DNA of 64,000 bases from an uncultured Kofleriaceae bacterium (GTDB lineage Bacteria > Myxococcota_A > Polyangia > Haliangiales > Haliangiaceae). This document shows, in pieces, positions 28,701-37,718 of the stretch (the stretch's first letter is position 1; each line of letters opens with the position of its first letter). The position numbers and the translations under genes were made by a program. The notes below the pieces were generated by a model that had not been told where the DNA came from, searched no databases, and was given only the letters and a program-made list of their open reading frames with translations. Location: the NCBI GenBank assembly GCA_964602685.1, contig CAZRSQ010000002.1, forward strand, positions 4,217 through 68,216, written 5' to 3'.

Positions 28701-30031
28701 CGCTCGGCAAGGCGCGCGACGACTGGAGCAAGCACGCGGCGCTGCCCGTGCTGGTCGCCCAGGTCCACGCGCTCGTCGAGCAAGCGGGCGGCGCGCTGCC
28801 GCTGGCCCGCGCCGGCACCGAGCTGCTGGCTGCGATCCCTCACGCCGGCGAGCCCGACGCCGACGTCCGCGCCGCCGCCCTGGTCCGGCTGATCGCCGAG
28901 ATCGAGAAGGAAGATCCGGGCGGCCTGCGCTTCGTGCGCCTCGACGGCGAGGTCCCGTGGATCCTGCGCAGCGACGACATCGAGCAGGCCGTGCGCCGCC
29001 TCGGCGCCACCGCCGACGAGCTGGCCGGCCGCGAGGTGCTCGCCGGACCGATCGAGGCCGCGCGCGCACTCGCCGAGGTCGCGCAGGGCACGGCGCTGGC
29101 GTCGCTCGCACCCGATCGCCTGGTCCGACTCGCCGCCGCCGCCGGCAAGCGCGCCGCCGCCTCCACGCGCCTCGAGCTGTATCCGCGCGGCATGGACGCG
29201 CGCCGCGCGCTGATGCTGTCGGCGGCCGTCTTCACCAAGGACCTCCCCGAGGACGAGCTGCGCCGCCGGGTCGAGGCCCGCTACCCCGAGGCCGCACCGC
29301 TCCCGCCGCGCCCGCAGCTCGACGCGCTCGTCGAGGAGCTGGGGCTCCGCTACGTCGCCGCCTCCGGCCTCTACTCGCGCCCCGGCGAGGAAGGCAAGAG
29401 CTCGCTCCACACCAGCGTCCGCTCGCCGTTCACCACGTTCACCCGCGTGCGCACGGGGCCCGAGATCGCGGCCGCCGACGTCGCCCGGGGCGAGTTCGAC
29501 GATCGGGTGCGGCTCTGCCTCGAGCGCCGCTCCCTCCTGGTCCTCGGCGTGACCGCCGATCTCACCCGCTACGCCGAGCGCGCGCTGCGCAACCGCTTCA
29601 ACCTGGAGCCGCACTCGTTCGACGCGCTGTTCCTCGCCGAGCTCGATCGCCAGATCGCCCGTGCCCGCGTCAACCCGTACCTGGTCTTCTCCACCGACGG
29701 CGTCGGCCGTCTCGGCGACGGCTGGCCCAACCTGCGCCGCCTCGCCGAGGCCACCGCGACCGCCATCGCGGACGCGCTCCTGCCCGCGAAGACCCCGCTC
29801 CTGCTCACCCAGCCCGGACTGATCGGCCGCTACCAGCTCACCGGCTTCCTCGATCGCCTGGTCAGCGCCGCCCGCGACGCCGACGACGGCGCCGCCATCT
29901 TCCTCCTCGTCCCGGGCCACGACCGCGCCGCGCCGGTCATCGGCGACGTGGCCATCCCGGGCCTCTTGCCCGGTCAGCACTGCTGGATCCCAGGCTCCTG
30001 GCTCAGGGAGCACGCCCCGAAGGTGGCGTGA
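25775..30031 (+). CDS. PglW-like giant protein: NERD domain + pseudokinase + Ser/Thr kinase + HhH motifs + large C-terminal region
   Basis: The NERD-like N-terminus reads HAWALVDLLDPSTGRLLEIDLLVLGYSCLYLVEMKAWPG. The first kinase-like domain has a degenerate catalytic loop (VFHGGVSPSAILV). The second is intact (ALKV, VVHRDIKPANVGI, DFSLAG, GTAAYRDPE). Alpha-CTD-like HhH motifs follow (LPLSARAKNALDRAGVLHVIELLGL). 1418 aa in total. Confidence 0.8.
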   Translation: MALSRQRVLAEGTTPYAHEREGVAFALGALPDTDPYHAWALVDLLDPSTGRLLEIDLLVLGYSCLYLVEMKAWPGRIEGDAIDWRWIPPEGRERWRDNPRPLAHRKAQILKSRLEHAMPTGMRAPWVEPLVFLTDKDVKLGLTPDGILGVIRRDDFAAAITRHDFRGADPRHQGRAINEPTRRAVLAAMRTIGIRERKGKLNVGSYVLGELLAETDSYQDREATHREIPAQKRRARTYLVPAQTSVELRQQLRRAADREAQLLYEVREHPCILPYTDYVGDAEVGPTVLFDAFPDGIPLDAFLRREPDVTFAERVAILGDVARALAHCHRRRVFHGGVSPSAILVRRRPSGVETRLFNFQLGGAEGVDATSHRSVLGDEQVPLYQAPELRQGQTTPDASSDMFSLGAVAYLLFTGQPPGATLAEIDERLRVHRRLDPRAVSDTIPGDVADLIADATHETISLRYDDPGGWFELLVDEITSATAAPAAPEVSPLDARKGDLVGGYLVHGVLGHGASARVLHVERDDGREFALKVSLGPDHDARLAAEARALARLRHPRIVQLEGPPERQPITIGGRPCLLMSLAGVSLQRELADHGAVSLDFAARYGTDLLSALEHLEEEEVVHRDIKPANVGIGALQKKASSLTLFDFSLAGIDLADVRAGTAAYRDPEVAARGRWDAAADRYSAAVTLYEMLTGQRPELGRISPERFDAAVRTSLTAFFSTAFASGVSARHVSAKVMRREWERAFEAQAPVASPVAAPDDEELTDAAVAAITADTPIHALPLSARAKNALDRAGVLHVIELLGLPHNRLSAIRGVGKQVALDILAFRDRWARLTGITPASGEPAYFPGYRGDDLMVHLVALPAVTAERLDDAGLRSLQQIAAAPRTQLANLAQHGGLDDAALRAVLTAEHDKATSRAQPTTLATWIDALLPAGKKRFQHARELFGLEGPHAGRVGVSPRELAESLQLTTAAVYIALGKARDDWSKHAALPVLVAQVHALVEQAGGALPLARAGTELLAAIPHAGEPDADVRAAALVRLIAEIEKEDPGGLRFVRLDGEVPWILRSDDIEQAVRRLGATADELAGREVLAGPIEAARALAEVAQGTALASLAPDRLVRLAAAAGKRAAASTRLELYPRGMDARRALMLSAAVFTKDLPEDELRRRVEARYPEAAPLPPRPQLDALVEELGLRYVAASGLYSRPGEEGKSSLHTSVRSPFTTFTRVRTGPEIAAADVARGEFDDRVRLCLERRSLLVLGVTADLTRYAERALRNRFNLEPHSFDALFLAELDRQIARARVNPYLVFSTDGVGRLGDGWPNLRRLAEATATAIADALLPAKTPLLLTQPGLIGRYQLTGFLDRLVSAARDADDGAAIFLLVPGHDRAAPVIGDVAIPGLLPGQHCWIPGSWLREHAPKVA

Positions 30032-30052
30032 AGTTGACGTGGGGCTCCGACG

Positions 30053-31387
30053 CTACTTCGAGGGCCGCGGAAGTCGGTAGGCTGCGACGAATCCTCGGTT
30101 GCCTCCCGTCGGGTCCGTCAGCATGACCCCCGGCTCGATCTCGAACTCGGATCTCCGCTCACCGCCGATGACCAGCACGTCGCCGTGGATCGCGAGCGAG
30201 AGAATCTTGACCTCGGGCGGGAAGGTCTTGGTCCATCGCACCGTGCCCCGCGTGACATCGAATACCTGCACGGTCCACTGCTCGTCGGGATCCCTCCACT
30301 TCTCGATGTCCCCTTGGACCTCGGCGGTGACGAGCTGGTCGGCGCCATCTGTCTCGAGCACACCCAGCTCCCTCGATCCGAGCGATCCGAGCGATCCGAG
30401 TGTCTCTGGCGGCGAACCATCGCGGCGGAAGAGCTGAACCTCATCGCCCTCGATCACGATCGCGCCGGCTTGCACTGCCGTGAACCCCGAGCAGCTCTCC
30501 ATCGCCGAGGCGCGCCGTTTCAGCGGCCGTGCCGCGATGGCCCTCCCGTTGTCTGCGGAGAACCAGACCGCGACGCTCTCCTGGACCCCCGACAGCGTCA
30601 TCGGCGGGAGACCGTCCAGTTTCAGCTGGTCGCCGATGACCGCGAGGCACGCGACGACCTCGTTGCCCGCCAGCTCCGTGCCCCACAGCTCGCTCTCAGG
30701 CTTGCTCCTGGGAAAGTCCACCATCCAGGCCTGGACCGATCCCTCCCATGCCACGATCCGCCGTCCCGGGTCCATGTGGCTCACCCCGGCAACCACCCGA
30801 TCTCCAATGGAGCCAAACGTCTCAGCGACATACGAAGCGTCGCGCTCGTGGGTGGCGCCCTTGAACGCCAGCACCGCGTCATCCTGTGGCTCCGGACCGA
30901 TTCGAAGCACCTTGGTGGTGGTTGCCAACGCTGCGGACCACTCGGCTCCGGCCTGCCAGGTGAACCTGGGGTTGCCGACGCCGGATCCGGCTCCGGTGAC
31001 CAGCACGCCATCGATCAACTCCAGGCCGAGCGGGAACAGGTTCGACTCGGCGAGCCTGACCCACACCTTGCCGTCCGCCGCGCGCACAGCGAAGACTCCC
31101 AGGTCTGAGCGCTCGCCGCCGGCCGGGCGCTGCCCCAGCACGACTTGCTCGCCAGAGCTGTCGACGGCACCCCAGGCGATCACACCAACGCTGCCATCGC
31201 CAGATACTGCGACCTCGATCGTGCCTTGATCACGGACCGGCAGTGGCTCTGCCCAGAACAGACCTGACGCAAGCGACGCATCGACCGCAGCGGCGTCCTT
31301 TGGAGACGACGGCGGAGCGCTCCGCGAGCTCCGCCCGCAGCCGGGTAGGAGCGCAACGACGAGGAGGGCTCGAACACGCGCGCTCAT
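30053..31387 (-). CDS. Hypothetical lipoprotein (beta-rich)
   Basis: ATG 31387 gives MSARVRALLVVALLPGCG (lipobox). 444 aa of normal composition. Confidence 0.6.
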   Translation of the reverse strand: MSARVRALLVVALLPGCGRSSRSAPPSSPKDAAAVDASLASGLFWAEPLPVRDQGTIEVAVSGDGSVGVIAWGAVDSSGEQVVLGQRPAGGERSDLGVFAVRAADGKVWVRLAESNLFPLGLELIDGVLVTGAGSGVGNPRFTWQAGAEWSAALATTTKVLRIGPEPQDDAVLAFKGATHERDASYVAETFGSIGDRVVAGVSHMDPGRRIVAWEGSVQAWMVDFPRSKPESELWGTELAGNEVVACLAVIGDQLKLDGLPPMTLSGVQESVAVWFSADNGRAIAARPLKRRASAMESCSGFTAVQAGAIVIEGDEVQLFRRDGSPPETLGSLGSLGSRELGVLETDGADQLVTAEVQGDIEKWRDPDEQWTVQVFDVTRGTVRWTKTFPPEVKILSLAIHGDVLVIGGERRSEFEIEPGVMLTDPTGGNRGFVAAYRLPRPSK

Positions 31388-31656
31388 GATCGTTCGAACT
31401 CCACCTTCAGATCTTGTGGAGCCGCACGTCCTCGTCTCTCGGCGGTATCGAGGTGAAGGTGACCTTGTGGACGCTGCGGCGTATCGACTCGACCATAAGA
31501 AGAACGCCGAGGCTACGGTCCGCGACATCCGAGATCAAGGGACGAATCGTGGTTTCAGAAGATCCCGTCGTAAGCAGCGCTGTGGCGGGGGACGCGTCTA
31601 CCAACATTGGTCGAAGACGGCGCCGCGCCGGTCGTGAACTGGATCCCCGCGCCGCT

Positions 31657-32412
31657 TCACAAGAGCGCAGCCCGCCGTAGCGCTCTCCGGACGTTGCGCT
31701 CGACCTCCTCGAAGTGAGGGACCTCGCCGAGATATTCACCGAGCTCCTGTTCCCAGCGCTTCTCATACTCGTTCACGCGCTTCTCGAACTTCTTGGCGAA
31801 GCTGTCTGGGTCGAGACCCTTGTGGTTCGCCTTTCGTCGGAACAGCTCCACCGCGTCCGTCAGGTCCTCGTCGCCGAGCAACAGGTCGAGATCGAGGAGG
31901 TCCCGGCACTGCAGTCGCTGGATCACACAGCGCAGCTTTTCCGCGGCGATCTCGAGCGTCGTGTATGCAGCGATGGGGACCTCGGGCAGGTCGGTCCAGC
32001 GCTTGAGCAGCGGGCGCTCCGCGGTGTTGACCACCAGCTCGTCGTCCGCGAGGTCGAGCTTGATCGTTCGCGCGGCGCCCAGCGGTCCTACGTACGCGAT
32101 GCGATCGGAGGTGCCGTCGAGCGACAGCGATCTGATCGTGTCGGGTCGCGGTCGGTCGAGCGCAGCTCGAATCACCTCTCGCCCGTCCGCTTCGGCGCCC
32201 TTGATGACGGAGTAGTCCAGGTCGGCGGAGTAGCGGTAGTCCTCGACATGGAGGAGCCTGAGCGAGGTCCCGCCCTTGAAGATGAGCCCCTTCTCGGCGT
32301 CGTTCGCCGAGATGAGCGCGACGATGTGGGCGAGGACATAGTCGCGTTCGACGACGCGTGCATCGACGCCGTCGCGGCTCGCGATCTTCGTGATCTGCGC
32401 CTTCGAGGTCAT
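31657..32412 (-). CDS. abiEii: AbiEii/AbiGii-family nucleotidyltransferase toxin
   Basis: MTSKAQITKIASRDGVDARVVERDYVLAHIV...LIFKGGTSLRL...RYSADLDY is the typical AbiEii N-terminus with the GGT and DxD NTase motifs. Its ATG overlaps the abiEi stop (ATGA at 32409-32412). Confidence 0.85.
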   Translation of the reverse strand: MTSKAQITKIASRDGVDARVVERDYVLAHIVALISANDAEKGLIFKGGTSLRLLHVEDYRYSADLDYSVIKGAEADGREVIRAALDRPRPDTIRSLSLDGTSDRIAYVGPLGAARTIKLDLADDELVVNTAERPLLKRWTDLPEVPIAAYTTLEIAAEKLRCVIQRLQCRDLLDLDLLLGDEDLTDAVELFRRKANHKGLDPDSFAKKFEKRVNEYEKRWEQELGEYLGEVPHFEEVERNVRRALRRAALL

Positions 32413-33212
32413 TGATGCACGACGTTCTCCAGCTCTGACGGCAGCTGGTCCCACCGGACCCACCACCTGGAATCGCGGTACGACGAGGCTTCCTGCCCGG
32501 GTTCCAGGTCGATGTCGCTCGTCGGCTTGGCGAGCGGCTCCAGTCGCTCGGCGAGCCCGGCGATCTTCAAGGTGTCCGCGATCGAGCCGATGCGACGAAG
32601 CGCGGGTCCCCAGGACAGCGCTCGCGCGTACGTCATCAACCGCGAGGCATCGACGCCCTTGGACGTTGCTGCCGCGACCGCCTCCGCGAGCACTGGCGCA
32701 CCTCCAACCAGCTCGGGGCGAGCGGCGGCGTCGAGCAACGCGCGTTCGAGGTCCGAGATGTACACGCCGTCCTGGCGCTTCGCACCTACGCCGAGCGCAG
32801 CATCCGATTCTTGTACGACGGCGAGTCTCCGCCCCGAGAGCGTCTCGCTGCGCGTCGGCCTGGTGAGCGCGAGCTGAATCGTTCGCGATGGATGAGCGAG
32901 GAGATCGAGCTGGTCCAGCGCGGTTCGATACGCGACGCGATGCGGAATGTGAGCGAAGCCCGCCGCCACCGCGAGCAGGACGTTCTCGGCAGCGGCAGCC
33001 GTGCCGAGGGTGCCGAGCTGTCGGATGGCGTAGTGCCCACGCCGAACACGATCGAGGAGCCCGTCACGGACGAGCCGCGACAACAGATTCCCCGTGGCCG
33101 CTGGAGATCGCCCCAGACGAGTCGCTGCCTCGGCGGACGTAAACTGCGTCAGGCCTTCGCTCACGAGCTCGTCCAGGAATCGAAGCCCTGTTGATCGCCC
33201 TTCACTTTGCAT
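32409..33212 (-). CDS. abiEi: AbiEi-family type IV TA antitoxin / transcriptional regulator
   Basis: N-terminal wHTH (FTSAEAATRLGRSPAATGNLLSRLVRDGLLDRVRRGHYA) followed by a C-terminal AbiEi_4-like domain. It lies immediately upstream of abiEii. Confidence 0.8.
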   Translation of the reverse strand: MQSEGRSTGLRFLDELVSEGLTQFTSAEAATRLGRSPAATGNLLSRLVRDGLLDRVRRGHYAIRQLGTLGTAAAAENVLLAVAAGFAHIPHRVAYRTALDQLDLLAHPSRTIQLALTRPTRSETLSGRRLAVVQESDAALGVGAKRQDGVYISDLERALLDAAARPELVGGAPVLAEAVAAATSKGVDASRLMTYARALSWGPALRRIGSIADTLKIAGLAERLEPLAKPTSDIDLEPGQEASSYRDSRWWVRWDQLPSELENVVHQ

Positions 33213-33386
33213 ACATCACGTTTATAATGAATAACGCAAGTCTAGACGCTGAGGATCTTGCTGTCAACATCGCGTTCTTCACGCAACGTGTGAAGTAGGC
33301 GAAGGAGCTAGCGGCGAGAACAACCTCCTGCGTCCAAGTTTCTGTGATCAAAGACATTTACCGAGTCTCGCGTACAATCCAGCGCC

Positions 33387-33902
33387 GTGGGCTGGACGAT
33401 CCAGATCCAGCTCGTGCGCGACCGCCCGCTGTCGAGGGCCGAGCGGAAGGCGCTGCTGGGTCACGTGCGCGCCTTCAAGCTGTCGCGAGGCAGTGAAGGC
33501 TACGCGTTCGCGGTCGCGCCGTCGGACGCCGCCGGTGGTGTCGTCGCGCGGTGCGTGGGCAAGCTCGCGCGCTCGGCCGATCCCGACGAGGACCGCGACG
33601 CCGCGCGGCTGTACGAGGCGCTGACGATGCTGCGCGCGCTGATCCCGGACGCGGCCATCGAGCTGGCCGACGACCTGCACCTCGTTGGTTGGGACGGCGA
33701 GCGCTACACGCTCGTCGAGAATCCGGATCAGGAGCTCACGCCCGCACCACGGGACCGGTCGACCTGGTTGGAGGTGCCACCGCCGCGTGCACCGCGTGCG
33801 CCGCGGCGGCCGGTGCGCACGGCAGAAGACGGCAAGGTCGCGCCATCCGGCCAGACCTTGGGATCGAGCGGCGATCGATTCACACAGCTGCACTACAATT
33901 GA
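33387..33902 (+). CDS. Hypothetical protein
   Basis: 171-aa ORF starting at GTG with normal N-terminal composition (MGWTIQIQLVRDRPLSRAERKALLGHVRAFKL...). No recognisable motif. Confidence 0.45.
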   Translation: MGWTIQIQLVRDRPLSRAERKALLGHVRAFKLSRGSEGYAFAVAPSDAAGGVVARCVGKLARSADPDEDRDAARLYEALTMLRALIPDAAIELADDLHLVGWDGERYTLVENPDQELTPAPRDRSTWLEVPPPRAPRAPRRPVRTAEDGKVAPSGQTLGSSGDRFTQLHYN

Positions 33903-33907
33903 CGGCC

Positions 33908-34582
33908 ATGCGTATAAGCACACTTGTGCTGGTTGTGATGGCTGGATGTTCCTTCTCGTCGAAGCTGACGACGACGGGCATCGGCGGGGGCTCGTCGGCC
34001 GGAAGCAGCGGCGGCGGTGGTGGTGGCAACGACAACGTGGTGGTCCCTGACCTCTACGGGCTCACGATGGAGCAGGCGGCGGCGGAGCTCCGCGAGGTGG
34101 GCATCCAGCGCGCGCCCGAGCCGAGCTCGCAGAACTACGCCTGCGACATGGACCGGCGACCTCACTATGATCGCGGGCAGATCTGTTATCAACATCCCGT
34201 CCCCGGGACCACGACGAGCCCGCGGCTCCCGGTGACGGTCAACGTCCAGCAGGACTACGACGACCACGGCAACATCGGGTTCGCCGGCGAGTGGCGCACG
34301 ATGCCCGACGTGGTGGGCAAGCCGGTCCAGGCGGCGCGGCCCCTGCTCGCCAACGCCAAGATACCACTCGACGAGCACTTCGAGCTGCTCGAAGGCACCT
34401 GTGCGGAGGGGACGATCTGTGACAGCGCTCCGCGGCCAGGCGAGCGCAAGGTGCTCGCACGCAAGGGCCGCCTGTGGGTCGGCAAGAAGGCCGCGGTGAT
34501 CCCGACTCCGCCCACCGAGCCGACGCAACCCACCGAGCCGACGCAACCCACCCAGCCCGAGCAGCCGGGCGGGTTCTTCTGA
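33908..34582 (+). CDS. Lipoprotein with two PASTA-like domains and a Pro/Thr-rich repeat tail
   Basis: ATG 33908 gives MRISTLVLVVMAGCS (lipobox). PASTA-like starts are VVPDLYGLTMEQAAAELREVGI and MPDVVGKPVQAARPLLANAKIPL. The tail is PTEPTQPTEPTQPTQPEQP. Confidence 0.65.
   Translation: MRISTLVLVVMAGCSFSSKLTTTGIGGGSSAGSSGGGGGGNDNVVVPDLYGLTMEQAAAELREVGIQRAPEPSSQNYACDMDRRPHYDRGQICYQHPVPGTTTSPRLPVTVNVQQDYDDHGNIGFAGEWRTMPDVVGKPVQAARPLLANAKIPLDEHFELLEGTCAEGTICDSAPRPGERKVLARKGRLWVGKKAAVIPTPPTEPTQPTEPTQPTQPEQPGGFF
34511..34564 (+). repeat. 18-bp tandem repeat (2 exact copies + 1 diverged) encoding PTEPTQ units
   Basis: cccaccgagccgacgcaa occurs at 34511-34528 and again at 34529-34546. A diverged copy, cccacccagcccgagcag, follows. 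Confidence 0.9.
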
Positions 34583-34613
34583 TCGAACGAACCGAGACCG
34601 AGGAACACATCCA

Positions 34614-36764
34614 ATGCAGACCATCAAGAAGCGGTCGCTGTTGTTCGCCGTCCCCACTGGGCTCGCCGCCGTCGCGGTGATCATCGGCATCGCGTTCGCC
34701 GACGAGGATTCGGACCGTCGCGACCTGATCTCGAAGATCGAGAGCAAGCTCGAATACGCCGCCGGCGAGCTGTCGGGCCTCGAGTCCGACTCTGACGCCG
34801 GAGACGTCAATGACGCGCTCGGCTACATCCGCGAGGTCGAGAGCTACGTCAACGACCTCGGCCGGGTGAAGGGCAGCGACTCGACCGCCAACAACATGGT
34901 CAGCTACTATCCCGGCTATATTCGCGATTTCCGCGCCGCCGCCGAGGAGCTCAAGAAGCTGAAGGAGAAACAGCGCCTGGCCGAGCAGACCTTCACGACG
35001 TGCAAGGCCTTCGATCAGGAGATGACGCAGAAGGCGCAGAACGCCAAGGACGAGCCGCGCGCCGCCGACGAGCTGCGCGAGTTCGCCAAGTCGGTGGGCC
35101 GCAAGGGCGAGGACATCATGAACGAGGCGCAGCGCAAGCTGAGCGAGGTCGAGCGCCACCGCGATGACGTCAAACGCTTCTCGGTCAGCGACGGCAAGTG
35201 GTCGAACGTGCGCAGCTACATGCACTACAGCGCCGACGCCATCGCGCGCATCCACAAGGACGACCACGAGAAGGCCAAGCGCGAGTGCGAGGAGGTGGTG
35301 AAGCGCGAGCGCCACAAGGAGGTCGAGAAGGCGCTCGGCCGCCTCGCCAACTCATCGACCGGCCGCGCCGAGCTGCGCAAGAAGATCGACGAGCTGCTGG
35401 TCACGCTGAGCGACCGCATCCGCGACGTGCAATCGCAGAGCGGCTCGGGCTACGTCAACGGGGCGGTCGAGATCACCAAGGAGATCGAGAGCCAGCTCGA
35501 GCGCCTGCGCGGCGCCCAGGGCGATGACGAGGAGGCCAAGCGCATCGCCTCGAACTGGCCGCAGTGGAACCGCGATCTTCGGACCGCGCTGGAGGCCCTG
35601 CGCGAGATGAAGAACGTGCAGAACCGCGCGGACGAGGGCGCGGGCAAATGCGAGGCCACCGAGAAGGCGCTGGCCGACAAGATCAAGGGGTACCTCGACG
35701 ACCGCGAGAAGTACCCGGAGGCGCAGGTCGAGCTGTCCCGCGAGGCGGACGGTATCGGGGCACCGATCAAGACCGGCATCGAGAAGGCCGGCGAGGTCGA
35801 TCGCCAGATGAGCGACTGGGTCGGCAAGGCCAAGAACTTCAGCCAGAGCGAGGGCAACTGGAGCCGCGCGACCTCCAACCTCAAGGACTCGGCGGACCGC
35901 GTGCACGCGCACTGGAAGGAGAAGTACGGGGCCATGGTGAAGTCGTGCGAGCGACTGGTCCTGGGCAAGGATCACCCCGAGGTCAAGAAGGCGCTCGAGA
36001 CGATCGCCAAGAGCCTCGGCACCGCGGGCGACGACTTCTCCCACGCCAAGGCCAAGGCCGAGACCTTCGGGAACGCCTACAACGCCCTGCGCAAACTCAC
36101 GCCCCAGGAGACGCAGGCCCTGGTGACCGCGATCTGCGACGCCGAGGAAGCCGATCGCAAGTCGGTGATGTCCGACGTCGCTTCGCGCACGTCAGCGACG
36201 GTCAAGGCGGATCTCGACAAGCTCGAGGTGATGTACAACGACGCCCTCAAGGCGCTCGACGGCGTCCTGGCCGACAAGAGCCTCAAGGCCAAGCACTCGG
36301 AGACCCGCACCCTGCGCGCCGAGGTCGAGCAGCGCTGGGCGACGATCAACAAGATGACCAAGGCGCTGATCGCCAAGAACCACCCGGCGGTGAAGTTCCT
36401 CGCCGAAGAAGGCGACCGGCAGCACGAGAATCGCCAGAAGGACACCAGCGTCTGCACCGTCTACGAGGTCGGCATCGGCAGCAACATCATCGACTGCGCC
36501 CGCGCGTCGGACTGCAAGGTGATCGAGCTCAAGCCCGACAACGCGAAGGGGATCACCAAGGGACGAAAGCAGGCGACGAGTGCTCAGGAGTCACTCAACA
36601 ATAGCGCTGACGAGCGAGCCAAGCTGACCGCCAAGAACAGCGCATTCGGCCAGTGCAAGTCGTACGCCTACGAGGTCCAGTGCTACATGCTGTGTCCCGA
36701 GATCGATCCGGAGACCAACGAGATGAAGTCGATCAGCGCTACCTGGCGCACGTGCGCACCGTGA
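34614..36764 (+). CDS. Secreted Lys/Glu-rich helical repeat protein with C-terminal PD-(D/E)xK-like module (candidate polymorphic toxin)
   Basis: Signal peptide MQTIKKRSLLFAVPTGLAAVAVIIGIAFA. An internal repeat of about 216 aa is visible: YPGYIRDFRAAAEELKKLK / WPQWNRDLRTALEALREMK, FSVSDGKWSNVRSYMHYSADAIARIH / FSQSEGNWSRATSNLKDSADRVHAHW, and HKEVEKAL / HPEVKKAL / HPAVKFL. The C-terminal motif is GSNIIDCARASDCKVIELKP (D...ExK). Confidence 0.75.
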   Translation: MQTIKKRSLLFAVPTGLAAVAVIIGIAFADEDSDRRDLISKIESKLEYAAGELSGLESDSDAGDVNDALGYIREVESYVNDLGRVKGSDSTANNMVSYYPGYIRDFRAAAEELKKLKEKQRLAEQTFTTCKAFDQEMTQKAQNAKDEPRAADELREFAKSVGRKGEDIMNEAQRKLSEVERHRDDVKRFSVSDGKWSNVRSYMHYSADAIARIHKDDHEKAKRECEEVVKRERHKEVEKALGRLANSSTGRAELRKKIDELLVTLSDRIRDVQSQSGSGYVNGAVEITKEIESQLERLRGAQGDDEEAKRIASNWPQWNRDLRTALEALREMKNVQNRADEGAGKCEATEKALADKIKGYLDDREKYPEAQVELSREADGIGAPIKTGIEKAGEVDRQMSDWVGKAKNFSQSEGNWSRATSNLKDSADRVHAHWKEKYGAMVKSCERLVLGKDHPEVKKALETIAKSLGTAGDDFSHAKAKAETFGNAYNALRKLTPQETQALVTAICDAEEADRKSVMSDVASRTSATVKADLDKLEVMYNDALKALDGVLADKSLKAKHSETRTLRAEVEQRWATINKMTKALIAKNHPAVKFLAEEGDRQHENRQKDTSVCTVYEVGIGSNIIDCARASDCKVIELKPDNAKGITKGRKQATSAQESLNNSADERAKLTAKNSAFGQCKSYAYEVQCYMLCPEIDPETNEMKSISATWRTCAP

Positions 36765-37558
36765 CGTCGTTCTGGTTCTGCAGCCTGTACTACGCGCGCT
36801 CGCTGCGCGACCACGAGGACCTGGCGAGCCGCGCCGCTGGCTTGTTGAACACCCCGTCCATGCGCGCTTTCCGGCGGGTGGCGACCAGTAAGAACGGTCG
36901 CGAGACCGAGTACGGCCGCAACTCGCCCGAGTTGCTTCTGAAGCACCTGCAGCGCCCCGACGCGCACGCGGTCTGGCTGGACTCGGGCCGCTCGGGCAAA
37001 CTCGAATCCCACGGCTGGATCACGATCGCCCTGGGCTACAAGCCCGACGCCGACATCCTGGCCACGATGCGGGCGAACTTCGTGGTGCCCTACGTCGCCG
37101 ACGAGCGCGAGGCGGTGCTCGATGTCTTCTGTGGGCTGGCCGAGATCCTCGACGCGGCCTACGGCGCGACGTCGGTCGAGCCCTCGTTCGACACTGCGAG
37201 CAACGCCGCAGTCGCGTCCCGGCCGTCCGCCGCCGATGCTCCGACCTACACCGTGATGACCGAGGACCGGATCCGCTACCGCAACGCCCCGGCGTACCTC
37301 CGCAACCAGATCCATCACAGCATCGGCGGCCCGGAGTGGGGCACCTTCCTCGGCCCGGGCCATCTCGCCCGGCTCCCGCCCGATACGCTGGCGTCCGGTG
37401 CCTTTCATCAGGTGCGGCCGCTCGCGCACGGCGGCGCGTTTCTCCGCCTGTCCGAGGACCCCATGGACGCGCAGACGGACGCGATTCTTGGCATGGTCGC
37501 TCGCGCCCGTGCCGCCCTTGAGCCCATCGTCATGGACGTCAGCTCGGTCAGGATCTGA
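36761..37558 (+). CDS. Hypothetical protein, candidate cognate immunity protein
   Basis: GTG 36761 overlaps the upstream stop (GTGA). The 265-aa product (..GRNSPELLLKHLQRPDAHAVWLDSGRSGKLESHGWITIALGYKP..) has normal composition. Confidence 0.6.
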   Translation: MTSFWFCSLYYARSLRDHEDLASRAAGLLNTPSMRAFRRVATSKNGRETEYGRNSPELLLKHLQRPDAHAVWLDSGRSGKLESHGWITIALGYKPDADILATMRANFVVPYVADEREAVLDVFCGLAEILDAAYGATSVEPSFDTASNAAVASRPSAADAPTYTVMTEDRIRYRNAPAYLRNQIHHSIGGPEWGTFLGPGHLARLPPDTLASGAFHQVRPLAHGGAFLRLSEDPMDAQTDAILGMVARARAALEPIVMDVSSVRI

Positions 37559-37718
37559 AGCAGAACGCAGGAGCGCTTGCTCGTCAGACGTGAGCGCGAT
37601 CGAGCGGCCGGGCTGGGCGCTCGCGGTTGAGCAGCTATCGCGAGACTCAGTTCTCCAAGGCCAAGAAGGCCCAGGACCACTGCAAAGAGGTGCTCGACTA
37701 CAAGAAGGACAAGAAGCT

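Noticed and set aside
33277-33295. Inverted repeat cttcac-N7-gtgaag upstream of abiEi, considered as an AbiEi operator.
   Set aside because: The arms are only 6 bp, which is expected by chance in a 170-bp spacer. There is no second copy and no extended symmetry.
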